64,000 bases of DNA, from contig OX597825.1 of assembly GCA_951406725.2 (NCBI GenBank), forward strand, positions 806,001 through 870,000, in the 5' to 3' direction. Made by a program: the position numbers and the translations under genes. The notes under the pieces were generated by a model. It saw only the letters and a program-made list of their open reading frames with translations. It was not told the DNA's origin and did not search any database. Origin of the DNA: Octopus vulgaris (lineage: Eukaryota). Shown here piece after piece: positions 1 to 12,797 of this stretch; the stretch's first letter is position 1; each line of letters begins with the position of its first letter.

Positions 1-123
1 AGGCTTTGATGACCCAGGGCTAGGCTAGAAAACACTTGCCCAAGATGCCACATAGTAGGACTGAACCTGGAACCATGTGGTAGGGAAGCAAACATTTTAT
101 CACATGACATGCCTACATATATT

Positions 124-357
124 TTAGACAAAATGAGATAACAAAGCCAAGGCTGTGACGAGTTAAATGGTTAAATAGAGGTCGATATTTACCTCTATTT
201 AGTGAGCTCAAATATTTCCCTCTTTTTAACCATCTCACATCATCACTGATGAAGGGATATCCATAATATCCCAGAAACAGCTGTAAGGCTAACTTTCTCT
301 TTATAAATGTCCTGAAAACTCCCCACAGCCTTGGCTTTCTTGTCTCATTCTGTCTAA
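124..357 (+). mobile_element. Small inverted-repeat-bounded element carrying a hammerhead motif
   Basis: 34-bp inverted repeats 124-157 / 324-357 (31/34 identical), TA-rich flanks, internal hammerhead core at 246-285. Confidence 0.7.
241..290 (+). ncRNA. Minimal type-I hammerhead ribozyme motif (Penelope-type); stem I degenerate
   Basis: CTGATGA (246-252), stem II GGGATAT/ATATCCC, GAAA (274-277), palindromic stem III ACAGCTGT, GUA triplet ending at 285. Confidence 0.6.
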
Positions 358-789
358 TATATATATATGCATGCTAATACAAGACCCACATTAGACTCCT
401 TACTATTGAACCAAGAGTTTAACTACAGCCTGTCCATGGCACTTACTTAGTGTTACCTGCCACTCTTTGGGTCTTCTAGATACCAATACCGCTCATATAT
501 ATATATATATACACATACTTTTATATATATATATGGTGGCATGATAAATATTGGTACATGGCTTGCAACTTTAGGGAAGGGGCAAGTGGATTACCTTGAC
601 CCTAGAGCACATCTGGTATTCATTTTATCAACCCTACAAAAGCAAAGTCAACTTGGTGGCATTTGGACTCAAAACATAAAACTTGAAAGATATGCTACGA
701 AGCATTTTGTCTGGTATATTAATGATTCGGCTAGCTTGCTGCTTTATATGTGATAAATATTACATATATTGATATACGATATATATATA

Positions 790-808
790 TGATAACTACA
801 ACGTGTAA

Positions 809-843
<35 letters not shown>

Positions 844-1025
844 TAATCCAAACAGGAAAACACAACAATGTGAGGACGTGGAACAAGTATAGTGTTATTG
901 GATGCTCAGGAAAGGAAAGAAAGAAGGAGGATTTAATGTTTTGAGCAGATCTTGTCGTCAGAAACATAGAAAAAGGAAAAATCCAAGGAAGGGAAGATGG
1001 AGGAAAAAAAATTGCCAACAATACA
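790..1025 (-). mobile_element. Probable PLE pseudo-LTR relic with decayed hammerhead motif at 932-964
   Basis: Minus strand tttCTGACGAcaagatctgctcAAAAcatTAaa, consistent with CpG decay of cGAAAcgtTA; embedded among TA/CA microsatellites. Confidence 0.45.
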
Positions 1026-1033
1026 CACACAGT

Positions 1034-1067
<34 letters not shown>

Positions 1068-1939
1068 ATATAGGTAGCCCATATTTATCAATGCATGATA
1101 TGTACGACTGTATAAAAAAAATAAGACCACTTTCAATTAAATACTCAATGTATTGTCAAATACAGAGTTCTATAATTTATTTGTGGGTCTCTCTACACAT
1201 TGTACTTCATTCCCGTGGCACTGCATCTCCCCCTGGTGGGGATTTGATTTGCAAATGAAGTCTCTCACTTCAGAAAATGAATTGCTGCAGTTTTAATGAG
1301 GAAATGATAATGAATTGAAAAAGCCAAATGCTGGCCAGTTTGTCTGATTCCCAATTTAGATGAATCAGTTTTGAATAAGGGTTCACTGTGCTTGTTTACA
1401 TATATTTAGAAAGCTCATAATGGATGTGCTTGCAAAAATACACGACATTGGTGGTATAGTAAAGAGGGGGACACTTCATATGAGAAGAAAATGATACTTA
1501 ATACATGGGAAAAGAGAAATACATGATATGTGAGGCCATAAGAGACAACCATGTGGACATTCAGCTTGCTAAAAATAGCACCGAAATGTTCCTTGAATTG
1601 CCAATTGCCACACCTTATCTTAAAAAACATAAAGGAGACATTGAATATGTGGTGTCTGTTGCAATACACCTGAAAATAAGATGTTGTGGTCATGGCTGGA
1701 ATACCTGACTACAGGTCTTCTTGACCAAGGCTGAACAGGATGGTAAACAGCAGAAATTAGAACAGTAATAGAAATGTGTATACAAATTATTTTTGCCAAA
1801 GAGTAATGGTGTCTACAAACAACTGGAATATTAAAAGAAAAACATAAAACAAAGGAAAAAAAGAACAAAAAAAAACACCCAAAACTCAAAAATAATTGAA
1901 ATAGGTTTAAAGTCAATAAATTATAAACAAAATCAAAAA

Positions 1940-2270
1940 CAGAAATATCAATGAGTTTTCTTTCACAAGTTTATATCAGAAGTTTAGACGAACCAAATAT
2001 AAAAGATGCAGTCCACTTCCATCCACATCAATTGAAGTAAAAGTGAGAATATTAATGAACATTAGTGGAGGAGCAAGAAGAAAATCTATTAAAAGTGATG
2101 TTAATTAAAATAAATAAGACAAACAAGAACCTGGAAAAGAAATAAAAACGATTAAGTAGAAATTATTTATCTTTCTCACTCAAATAATATTCTGTTTGAT
2201 AAAAGAAATATATGGATTAAAAAAACCAAAGTTGGTGTTGGTGAATGTTTCACCATAACAGACACAAAAA
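1940..2270 (+). mobile_element. Possible very degraded PLE reverse transcriptase fragment
   Basis: EFSFTSLY (FDxxSLY-like) near 1953-1976 and NNILFDKRNIWIKK near 2183-2225; motifs are weak. Confidence 0.35.
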
Positions 2271-2434
2271 TGAGATAATCTACACGGAAAAGAAAAATAT
2301 TACAAGTTGATATTTCTGCGATTAGTTATTAGTTGTTAATTACAAAGGAAATGACTAATAGTTTTAGTTTCATCTTGCTTTTAATAAGCTTTGATTGGTT
2401 ATGTGTATAAGCCAATCATCTATTGAGATGCCAA

Positions 2435-2435
<1 letters not shown>

Positions 2436-2465
<30 letters not shown>

Positions 2466-2574
2466 TGTATGTATGTATGTATGTATGTAGTATGTATGTA
2501 TGTATGTATGTATGTATGTATGTATGTATGTATGTATGTATGTATGTATGCATGCATGTATATGTTTGTGTGTA

Positions 2575-2604
<30 letters not shown>
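2436..2604. repeat. (TATG)n plus (TG)n/(TA)n microsatellite
   Basis: Directly visible. Confidence 0.97.
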
Positions 2605-2605
<1 letters not shown>

Positions 2606-3195
2606 GATAGATATGTACATAAAGCCAGGTGTCATACCATGTTTAGTAAACTTGTTTGCACTTGCTGTGAAAATAGGTCCCTAATATGAAGAAAAGGGTT
2701 TTTGGTAGCTGAAAATGAGTAAACCAGCTAGTTTTGCCTTTCATTTAAAATACAACGGGGATCAGTATTTTACCATTCCATGTCTTTCTGGGTCCAGCGA
2801 TACTGGCAACGACCTTGCTTGAATGGTTTTTCACGTGCCACCAGCACAAGTGCCAGTAAGGCGATGCAGGTAATGATCACGCTTGAATGGTGCTTTTTAC
2901 GTGCCAGCCCGACATGGAAGCCAGTTTGTTGCTCTGGCAATGATCACACTCGGATGGTGCTCTTAGCGCTTCACTCTATGCATATACATTATGCAGGCAG
3001 CCCTCGTATTAAATAGAACCATGTCCCTCAAATGCAGAAATTCCAATACACCCGTACCCTTTTGACTTCCATGTAACATAGAAATAAACAAATACAGGGT
3101 TCAATAAGAAATGTATTTTGCATTACAACATTACATAATATGGCAGGACTTCACAAATATAATATTTCTAAAAATACAGGGGAGGCAAATATACA

Positions 3196-3242
<47 letters not shown>

Positions 3243-3276
3243 CACACACACGCACACACACACACATGTACATATA

Positions 3277-3674
3277 TAATATTGTGTGATGGTGAAGTGG
3301 ATTATTTGATTCTATCTAAATGTTTTGTGCAGTTGACATCAGTCAACCGTATCAATCAGTGAGTCTGAAATAATGGAAATGGATTGGTCGTGAGGGTATT
3401 TAAAAGTTGTTGGGTGCCTTTTGATTGGTTGAGTGGTTTGTGATGTGGTTGGTCAGTTCTGATCACATCTAAAGTTGAATCACCTGCTAATACTTAGGAA
3501 GAGAGAGAATTTCATCAATAACACCACAAACCAATCCAGCCACCAGCCACACAATCAATCAAAAATACTTTTGAATACTCTGTCTACTTTTCCATGTCCA
3601 TTATTCCAGACATTAGTCAACTGTACAAAGTCATTTGGTCGGAGGAAATAATCTTGCTTACCAACACACCATTA
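3277..3674. repeat. Old imperfect inverted repeat (fold-back/MITE-like)
   Basis: Paired blocks tttgtgcagttgac/gtcaactgtacaaa, gtctgaaataatggaaatgga/tccatgtccattattccagac, ttttgattggttg/caatcaatcaaaa. Confidence 0.75.
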
Positions 3675-3773
3675 ATACAGACTCTACACATGTCCAATAC
3701 AAAGGCATATTGAGCACTTGGTTATTTTTCACACACAAAGTCTACTAAGTACTAATATTATATACATATACAT

Positions 3774-4133
3774 AGGCACAGGAGTGGCTGTGTGGTAAGT
3801 AGCTTGCTTACCAGCCACATGGTTCCGTTTTCAGTGTCTTCTACTATAGCCTCAGGCTGACTAAAGCCATGTGAGTGCATTTGGTAGAAAGAAGCCTGTC
3901 GTATATATGTATATATATATATGTGTGTGTGTGTGTTTGTGTGTCTGCATTTGTCCCCCCCAACATTGCTTGACAACCGATGCTGGTGTGTTTACGTCCC
4001 TGTAACTTAGCGGTTCGGCAAAAGAGACTGATAGAATAAGTACTAGGCTTCCAAAGAATAAGTCCTGGGGTCAATTTGCTTGACTAAAGGTGGTGCTCCA
4101 GCATGGCCACAGTCAAATGACTGAAACAAGTAA
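3774..4133 (+). mobile_element. tRNA-derived SINE family A
   Basis: ggcacaggagtggctgtgtggtaag head, internal TA/TG microsatellite, tail ..atgactgaaacaagtaaa; followed by a second decayed copy at 4156-4352. May correspond to the OK/OR octopus SINEs (unverified). Confidence 0.85.
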
Positions 4134-4389
4134 AGGAGAAAGATAACATTATGGGTGCAGGTGTAGCTGTGGCGTAAGAAGTTTGCTTCCCAACTACATA
4201 ATTCTAGGTTCAATCCCACTGCATGTTATTTTGGACAACTGTCTTTTACTATAGGCCCCCAGCCAAACAAAGCCTTGTAAATAGATTTGGTAGATGGAAA
4301 CTGAAAGGTAGTGCCTCAGCTTGGTTGCAGTCTAATGACTGAAACAAGTAAAAGATATCTATGTATGTATGTGAGCGAACATTATATAT

Positions 4390-4779
4390 AATCCACCAAG
4401 GAAGCAGGCTATGTTTTCATCAGTGTTGGTTTGTCCATCTGTGTGCAAAATAACTCAAAAGGTTGTGAACGGTATTTGATGAAACTTGCAGGAAAAGTTG
4501 GTAATGACATAAGGAACAGATTATGAAAATTTGGTTGTGATCCGGGAATTTTTATGGATTCTCAAAGGATTTTTCATTTGTTATATTTACTTTACATGAA
4601 GTATTACAATGTTCTTTGATTATCTCCCTTGAAAACACGTTCATCATTTCCATGCAACCTATGGTGGCATTGCTGTTTCTAAAGTTTATTTTCGTGTCTC
4701 TATTAGTAATTTTACTCGTGTATCTATCTTAAAATGAGCTGCTTGGCGGAGGACTGCACTCTCTGAGTGCTTTTCTAGT
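4390..4779 (+). mobile_element. Helentron-associated non-autonomous element (HINE/DINE-1-like)
   Basis: Subterminal inverted repeats tccaccaag (4392-4400) / cttggcgga (4742-4750), 3' stem-loop gcactc-tct-gagtgc (4756-4770), ctagtt end, and internal atttgatgaaacttg core. Confidence 0.75.
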
Positions 4780-4905
4780 TATACATATTTTAATGAGTAA
4801 AATTTTTAATATAATTAGTTATTTGAAGTAACAATTTCTGTGTTTGGTGTTATTTTTCTATTTCAAAATAATACTTACAAAAATCTAATCTCTCTGTATG
4901 ATACA

Positions 4906-4951
<46 letters not shown>

Positions 4952-6705
4952 TACACACAGCTACACATACATGCATGCTTTCATAGGTACATATATATAT
5001 TCACATGTAACACCTAATGACTTCCTCATGAATTTAATCTTAATCCAAAAAACATATCTGTGAAAAGAAGGAAGAAAATACTAAATGGCACCTGAAGATG
5101 ACCAGAAAGATTTTATTGAAAAATGAAGAAAAAATGAAAAGGTAATGTTAAAAGGTTGATCAATATTTAGTAGACGAGTCAAGGAAATTTTAATTAAATA
5201 TGCAATAAATTTAAATCATGAAGAAAATTATTAAAAATTAGAATTTATTTTGTGAGATAAACAGAAATTTAATCAAATATCAAAAAATATCACATTTTGC
5301 AATAAAAACACAAAAATGAAAAGAAAAAAGAATGAGTTGAATTAATTACACTGAAAATAAATTTTAAGGAAATACTTAAACATATAGAAGTTAAAATGTA
5401 CATGTTTTCTGGAGGATATTATGGGTATAATTAATGACAAGTATTAGTTTGTGGAATAAAATTAGCTAATTTGATAAAGTGGGTAATATAGCATGTTTGA
5501 TAAAGTCGTTATCAAACTCTACAGCATGAAGTAAAAAATAGAAAAATTAAAAACAAGCAACAAAATATCCATATCATCGATGAAGTAACTTACAAGATAT
5601 TCACTAACCAGAATTCTTTTTTGAAAACAGATATCTATTCAAAGGCATAATGTAAAGGCAATGCCCAAATTCTACGGTTGCTTCATTTTTATTTCAAGAG
5701 TTCAACACAAGAGAAATGAAATAAATATGACAATGTGAAGTTAGAAAAATGTATCAGAAATAATGTCACTCCAAAGATTTCTTGTCAAAATGAAATCAAC
5801 TCCAGCAGAAAAGTTCAAAAATGAAGTAGCATTCTATGAATTTATGGATGGGCCTACAAAGAATAAATGGGACAATTCTTTAGGATGAGGTGAGTAAAAT
5901 AAAATCAAGATTGAAAGATTTAAGTCAGGAAAAACAGACAGAACATAGTGTGGAGAAAGATATCCCATTTTGCTTTTTGTTTTGAAATAAATGAATTTTC
6001 TATCATAGATAAAGAAAAAAAATAAAGGCAAGTCAGAAGATAAAAGAAGCATGAATTTACTGCCCAGAATTTAATGTAAATTAATTTAGACATTATTAGC
6101 AGCAATATGAGTCTTAAAAAATAGATGTAACAAACTCACTAACAGGACTCGTTGTGCTTGACTTTAGTAAAATAACCTATCTTACTAGTGCTAGGTGACT
6201 AAATTATACTATGGAGATAAAATAATACAGTTAAAATAGCAGAAACAAATTATGTTGTATAATTAGAGAAAATGAAAGAGTTGGCCATCTGTGGTATAAT
6301 GGGTAACACAGTCATCTTGTAAGCAACAGGTACAAGGCTCGAACCCTGTCAGTAGACCTGTCTAATTTTTTTGTCTCAAATCGCTTCTTATAATCTCTAA
6401 TATCATAAACTAAAGACGTTAAACACTGCATTTTGTCCAGTAATTGTTCTCTGAAGCTGTAGTGTAAGTGGTGGACAATCACCAAACCTACGGATGTGTT
6501 TACAGTAAAAGCCAAAAAATCAGAAGTTGTCCAAAGAACAAGTCCCTTTAAATGTAATCACATGGCTGATTGAACAACAAAGGAGTCAACAAAGGAAATT
6601 CTATGCAGTCAACTGATCTGCTAGACATAACACCAAATGCCTTTTATATCATGACATACCATTTTTAGAAGGATACATTGGACAATGAAATTTGGGATAT
6701 ATATA

Positions 6706-7125
6706 TCATCATCATCATCGTTTAACGTCCGCTTTCCATGCTAGCATGGGTTGGACGATTTGACTGAGGGCTGGCGAACCAGATGGCTGCACCAGGTTTC
6801 AATCTTGATCTGGCAGAGTTTCTACAGCTGGATGCCCTTCCTAATGCCAACCAATCCGAGAGTGTAGTGGGTGCTTTTACGTGCCACCGGCACGGAGGCC
6901 AGATAGCCGCTCTGGCAATGATCGCGCTCAGATAGTGCTCTTAATACTCTACAAGCATGGGGCTTGAGTGCCAGTAAGGTGACGCTGGTAACAATTATGC
7001 TCGAACAGTGCCTTTTAAGTGCCACTGGCACGGAAGCCGGTTAGCCGCTCTGTCAATGATCACGCTCGGATGGTGCTCTTTGCACCCTGCTAGCATGGAC
7101 ACCAGTCATCGAATTTGATTTTGAT
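6706..7125 (-). mobile_element. RTE 3' tail repeat
   Basis: Reverse complement of the 21034-21621 family, inserted in (TA)n. Further copies at ~2790-2975, 11965-12170, 14960-15258, 17145-17300, 23290-23465, 26198-26460, 34517-34900, 38355-38630, 40069-40510 and 49480-49800. Confidence 0.85.
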
Positions 7126-8869
7126 TTTTGATTTATATATTTGATATATATATATTTTTGATATTTATATATATATATATATATAAAGACAAAATGCAGT
7201 ATTTATCAAGGTATACTTGATAAATACTGACCTGGGACTATAGCAACAGTGAGATATTTAATCCATTCCATTCAGCTGGTTTTGATCCACTACTGAGTAA
7301 AAGTTTTAGCTTACTGTTGCTGGTTGTAGGCCTACCCATTTATGCTGGCCAACTGTGGGCTGGATGGGATACCCCTGTGGTTAAGAAATTATCTCAGGCT
7401 ATCAGCACCTATGTGACATTTGAACTAAAGAGGATAAAAAGATGAACCAGGGAAGATACCACAAGACATCTTCTCTGATTGCCTAATTCTAGACCGATAC
7501 TTTATTTATTGACCCCAAAAGAATGAAAGGCAAAGTTGACCTTGGCAAAATTTGAACTCTGAGTACAGAAAGCCAATTTTAGAAATCGCAGACACATTAC
7601 TAATTCAAGGCATGATATCTAATGTTCTAATAACTCCACCAATTTGCCGCATTATTGAAATATAATATACCAAAAAAAAAAATGAAATAAAAAAAAAAAA
7701 CATATATAATAAAAAAACACCCAGAAAAATGGTTTTCTGTTTCAGTCAGAAAATTTAAAATTTTTTATTCAGAAGGTATATTTCTGAGTGTTTTATAGAA
7801 AAAGAAAGAGATAAAAAAAACAAAAAAAAATATAACCCAAAACCAAGATTATTGTTCTAATATTTCAAAATAGCAAAAAAAAAAAAAAAAAAAAAGGAAA
7901 GAAAAAGTAAAGAAAATTAGACAGTGTTTCAAATTTAATTTTAGAAACGACAGACACATTACTAATTCAATTTTTATATTTAACATGGTCACCATGGTTT
8001 AAATATCTAAACTGATCGTGTTTCACAAACAATAGTTCAGATAATATTTATGTGAGAAATCGATACAAAGATGAGAGAAATCAATAATTTGGAGAGATTC
8101 CTGGAGTAAATGTTAGTTAAATGAGACTGAGCTTATACAGGTGTGAGGTAACTTGTGTTGATTATTCCATCTTTTCCTGAGGTTCATAACTGCTGTTTAA
8201 TTCTGATATGAAGTCATAGTGTATGTTGAGTTGTGCAATCTCAGGGATTAACTATTCATCTTTGATGAACTGAAATTGTACTGCCTAGGCTCATGTGTGT
8301 CTAGCTATACAGACAGACAGATCGATAAGTAGATTGATAGATATACAGATAGACAGATCGATAAGTAGATTGATAGATATACAGATAGAAACATTAATTA
8401 TTATTGATGACTGCACCAGAGAGAGAGAAAGAGAGAGTGAAAGAAGAGGGAGAAATAGGAAGGAGTGAAAAGAGGGGAAGTGAAAAAGAAGGTTATTGAT
8501 GGAAAACCCAGAATGAAGAATCAGAAGTAAAAGGAAAAAAAAAAGGTAAAAGAACGAAAAATGAACTCGAATCCTAGGAGACTACTGTCTGTATTGATAA
8601 TTCTATTTGTGAATTCTAATGTTTCAATCAGGGTACTTCATTAGAGAAAGAGTTCTTGCTCAAAATATTAGAATGATCTTCACATGATGGCATTTGCAAA
8701 CTTTATGTAAGTTGTTGTTTGTAGCCCCAGGTCAGCTCTGATCCAAAGCAAACTTATAATCTAAGGTATTCCATCATTTTTGCAAGGGATTCATTATTCA
8801 CTGATGACATTGAGTCCATCTTTTGAGTTTAAGGCCTATGAAGCACAGGAGTACAACATGTTCCTCTAG

Positions 8870-9176
8870 AAGTGTTTCCCAAAGTGGATTCCAAGAACCC
8901 CTGTGTAAAAATTCTGGGGTTCCATAAAAAGAGGTATCTTTCAATAGAAATTTTAACAAGCCTTTTTTTTGGAGGGGGAAGTGCTATTAATCATTTTCAA
9001 AACAAGTTATGTTTTCTTTCTGTATATGAATAAATTCTCTTTCTAAAACAAATTTTGTTTTATCTAATTTCTTCTTAAAAATAAAATGGCAAAGATTGAG
9101 TGTGAAATATAGTTGTGAAGGGTCAGTAATATTTGGAAAATTATAGAAAATGATAAAATTAGTTTTTGAACCACTG
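8870..9176. mobile_element. Probable hAT (Charlie-like) MITE
   Basis: Ends agtgtttcccaaa / tttttgaaccactg with flanks ctctagaa / ctcaagac (degenerate TCTAGA-type target). It interrupts a minus-strand copy of the AAC-tailed repeat. Confidence 0.5.
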
Positions 9177-11594
9177 CTCAAGACCAAACAGCTATATATT
9201 CCCTCTTTTTGATGGTCGGGTGTTATTGGAGGAAGAATTGGCTGGTATTTCTAGTTAGTGGTGCTACTACATACAAACTCTCTCATTGACTTATCATCAT
9301 AAGTGGGGAGGCATTGGCTAACACAATCAATGCTTTCATTATATTTTGGAATAAAAAAGAAAATCTCTTTTTAAGCTTCCAGGCCGAAAGAGAATCAACA
9401 GCAGTTATTGTCATGAACAGGAAACACCAGTAAAGCAATGTGCTTTATTCCAAGAGATGTGATGACATGTCAGTGATAATAGAGATATAAGGAGGCAAGA
9501 GTGAGAGAAATGCCTATAAGAAAAAAAGTGATATCACATGCAATGTGGATAAATAAACGCCAGCATGGAAAACTAACCAGAATCTCAGTTACTTGACCTA
9601 TGAGAAATAGCAGCTGAATCTCCTTCAAATTTTTATGATCTTATTGTTGTAAAGACAGAAGGGCACATTGGACAGTGTAGTCTTAGATATACAAAAAAAA
9701 AAAAAAGCAAGATAATTATGGTTGGAATACTCTTAATCATTAGTCGGCTTAATCAGAGCTGACATGGCATTAAACTGCAAACAAAAATTAGTGAAGATAA
9801 TTTATGACAACCAGTAGCCAGAAACTTAATGGAAGGGGAGGGGGTCATGAAAAGCCAAGAGGAAAGCTTATAAATGGTTGCTCCTAATATTAGGAAAAGC
9901 AACCAAAATTTAAGCATAGAAAATATTTGTTATCATTAGCAACATTTTTGTCAATGTGCCAATAAGTGACCCTTAATATTGTGGTCTGACCTGCTAGAAA
10001 TAGCAATCAAATCAAATTTACATCCTACCATATTAAAAGAAAAATAAAAGAACAAATACATTGAATATAGTAATCCAGAACCCATTATGTCTGAAGAACA
10101 AAACGAGTGGTATGGCTAGAATAGATTTGAGCATATGGTTTCTTAATGAGAACGGACCAAAGTCTGAACAGTCATTTCCTCTACCACTGCCATGGCCATG
10201 ATGTAATGACAAATCTTCAAAGTGGTTGTTTGACCTGCTTAAAATAACAACCATATCTCTGAATGCCCCCCCTCCTTTTTTTAGTTCTTTAGGGAATATC
10301 TATTTTATGTTCGGAAAGTTTACAGAATAAGATAATTTATTTAAACAGTTTCAAACATTTGTGTAAAATGGATAAAGAATGACTGATTGAGGACTGGATC
10401 TAATTAATCCTTGTGCAAAAACAACAACAACAACAAAAAACTAAAACACAAGAACTACAAAAATAAGCATATTGAGAAAGAAGTATAGATAAAGACCCCT
10501 TAAATGTTTTGGTTGTTCAGCCTTTTTGAAATTTTCATGAATTGGAAAATCCTATAATATGGCTGGATCCTTTAAAAATGCTTGTAATGGCTCTTTTAGC
10601 TGTTATGGAGATTTAGACCAAAATTATAAGGAAAGTTTTGCCAACTCAGTAAATATTTCATGAACTAAGAACTTGTTATAAGGAAGACATACCAGATATC
10701 CAATGTTACTTTCTTTACAGTGAAAAACGTTTTCTAAATCAATAAATTTGGTATAGTTGAACAAGTTTTATTCTAGAAATTTCTCTGTTCTGATGCAAAA
10801 TGTTAAAATGTCCAGATTTGCAGAAAGCTTTCTTGTGGCTCTCTTATGTGCAGTTGAGTGTTATCTTCGATGTTTAGAATGATAGTTTTCTAGGCATTGA
10901 AAACAGGGTGGTTTCTCTTGTTGTCTATAGAGTTATAAAAATTTCTTTGCATAAAAACCCTGACCTGATAACCTCGTTTCCATTCCGTTGTTTCGTTGTC
11001 TTCTTGTGTCACAGCTTTTCAAAGAGATAGTGGTAATGAATCCTCATTGAGACATGAAAGTCTGCTTTTAATGCTTTTCTTAGTATATCATTCGGTTTTG
11101 TAGCTTTTCCATCTTTGCAGTTTTAATGGTTTTTCAGACTTCAGAGAACTTATGAAGAAATAATGCCATTTGGGCAAGATGCTTGAGAGAATCTGTTGGA
11201 AGCTTGATCTCTTGAAAATAAATTCTACGAAATTTACTGTTCAGTTGCTTTTAATTACCCATATCTCATTGATTTTTAGATATACAGAATTTTGAAAATT
11301 TAAAAATATTTCACCAATAGTCTCTCTCTCTCTCTCTTTCCCTCTCTCACACACATGTTCATAAAGAAGGCAGATGTGAAGTAGGAGGTGGGGAAGAAGT
11401 AAGAGGAGACAGTAGTAAAGAAGAAGTAGCAGTAGTAGTAGTAGAAGAAATAATAATGTAGATAAATATTCACAAAATCTTCTGAAAATACACTTACACG
11501 CACATACTTGTATGCACATATGTGAGTGTATGTATGATGTATATAAACTTACACATATGTATAGTGTGCACGTTTGTGTGTGTGTGTGTGTGTG

Positions 11595-11634
<40 letters not shown>

Positions 11635-12369
11635 TACATATACACATACATGTATACATATTCACAAATGTATACAGCCATGCACACACACACACATGAA
11701 TTTACTATTTCGCTTTATAGTCTAGATTGTCAATTTCCACTTCACTAATCATTTAGTAATATTGGTGATTTTATTTGAAATTATAATGATGTAGGAGTTA
11801 ACAGGTGTTGGATGTATTTGGGTAGTGGTGGGAGTAGACAGAGCAACAAGCAAATGATATTTGTTGTTTCTCCTCCACCACACCAAAAATGACAAACACT
11901 AATATATATATATATATATATATACATCCTTATAGTTATGTACTCTACCAGCTCTGCTTTAATGACCACTTTTTCATGCTTGCAGAGGTTAGATGGAATT
12001 TGTTGATGTAGATCTTTTACAGCTGGATGCCCTTCTTGTCACCAACATTCACCTTTTTCCAAGAAAGGTGTTACTTTCCCTATGGCTGAACATGTTTCTA
12101 TGAAAGATTGGAAATAAAAGACACTGCTTGTATGACAGTGATTCTCATTTACAACCACCATACAATGTCAAAACACACACACGCACACACACACATGCAT
12201 TAATATACAATGAGCTTTTTTCAGTTTCTCTCGATCAGATTCACTTACAAGGTTTTGGTGAAACCAGTTCTAATGTAGGAGGCACTTGCCCAAAGTGTCA
12301 CACAGTGTAACTGAACCCAGAATCATGATATTGGGAAGTGAAATTCTTCACCACAGGGCAATGTGTATG

Positions 12370-12400
<31 letters not shown>

Positions 12401-12414
12401 GTATATGTATAGTA

Positions 12415-12794
12415 CGGCACTCCATCGGTTCCAACGACAAAGGTTCCAGTTGATCCAATCAATGGAACAGCCTGCTTGTGAAATTAAAGTGCAAGTGGCT
12501 GAGCACTCCACAGACATGTGTATCCTTATTGTAGTTCTTGGGGAGATTCAGCATGACACAGAGTATGGCAAGGCTGGCCCTTTGAAATACAGGTACAACA
12601 GAAACAGGAAGAAAGAGTGAGAGAAAGTTGTGGTGAATGAATACAGCAGGGTTCGCCACTGTCCCCTGCTGGAGCCTCGTAGAGCTTTAAGTGTGTTCAC
12701 TCAATAAACACTCACAGCACCTGGTCTGGGAATCGAAACTGTGATCCTATGACCATGAGTCTGCTGTCCTAACCACTGGGCCATTGCGCTTCCA
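12415..12794 (-). mobile_element. tRNA-derived SINE family D
   Basis: Minus head tggaagcgcaatggcccagtggttagg..tttcgattcccagacc (A and B boxes); highly similar to 16112-16491. Confidence 0.85.
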
Positions 12795-12797
12795 AAT

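Noticed and set aside
5000-6100. A-rich, ORF-like region possibly from an old retroelement
   Set aside because: No motif identified with confidence.
8307-8388. 36-bp tandem duplication
   Set aside because: Ordinary slippage within GATA/GACA-type low-complexity sequence.
10600-11240. Possible decayed transposon coding sequence (similar impression at 14000-14450, 37000-38330 and 42610-43110)
   Set aside because: Too degraded to assign by eye; needs translated HMM searches.
11241-11693. Leu-rich ORF as a possible transmembrane or GPI tail exon of the Ig gene
   Set aside because: Derived from (AGT)n/(AAG)n-like low-complexity sequence between microsatellites; no splice evidence.
12740-12794. 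tRNA-like A/B-box sequences here and in other SINE heads
   Set aside because: They continue directly into SINE bodies and lack complete cloverleafs; not tRNA genes.
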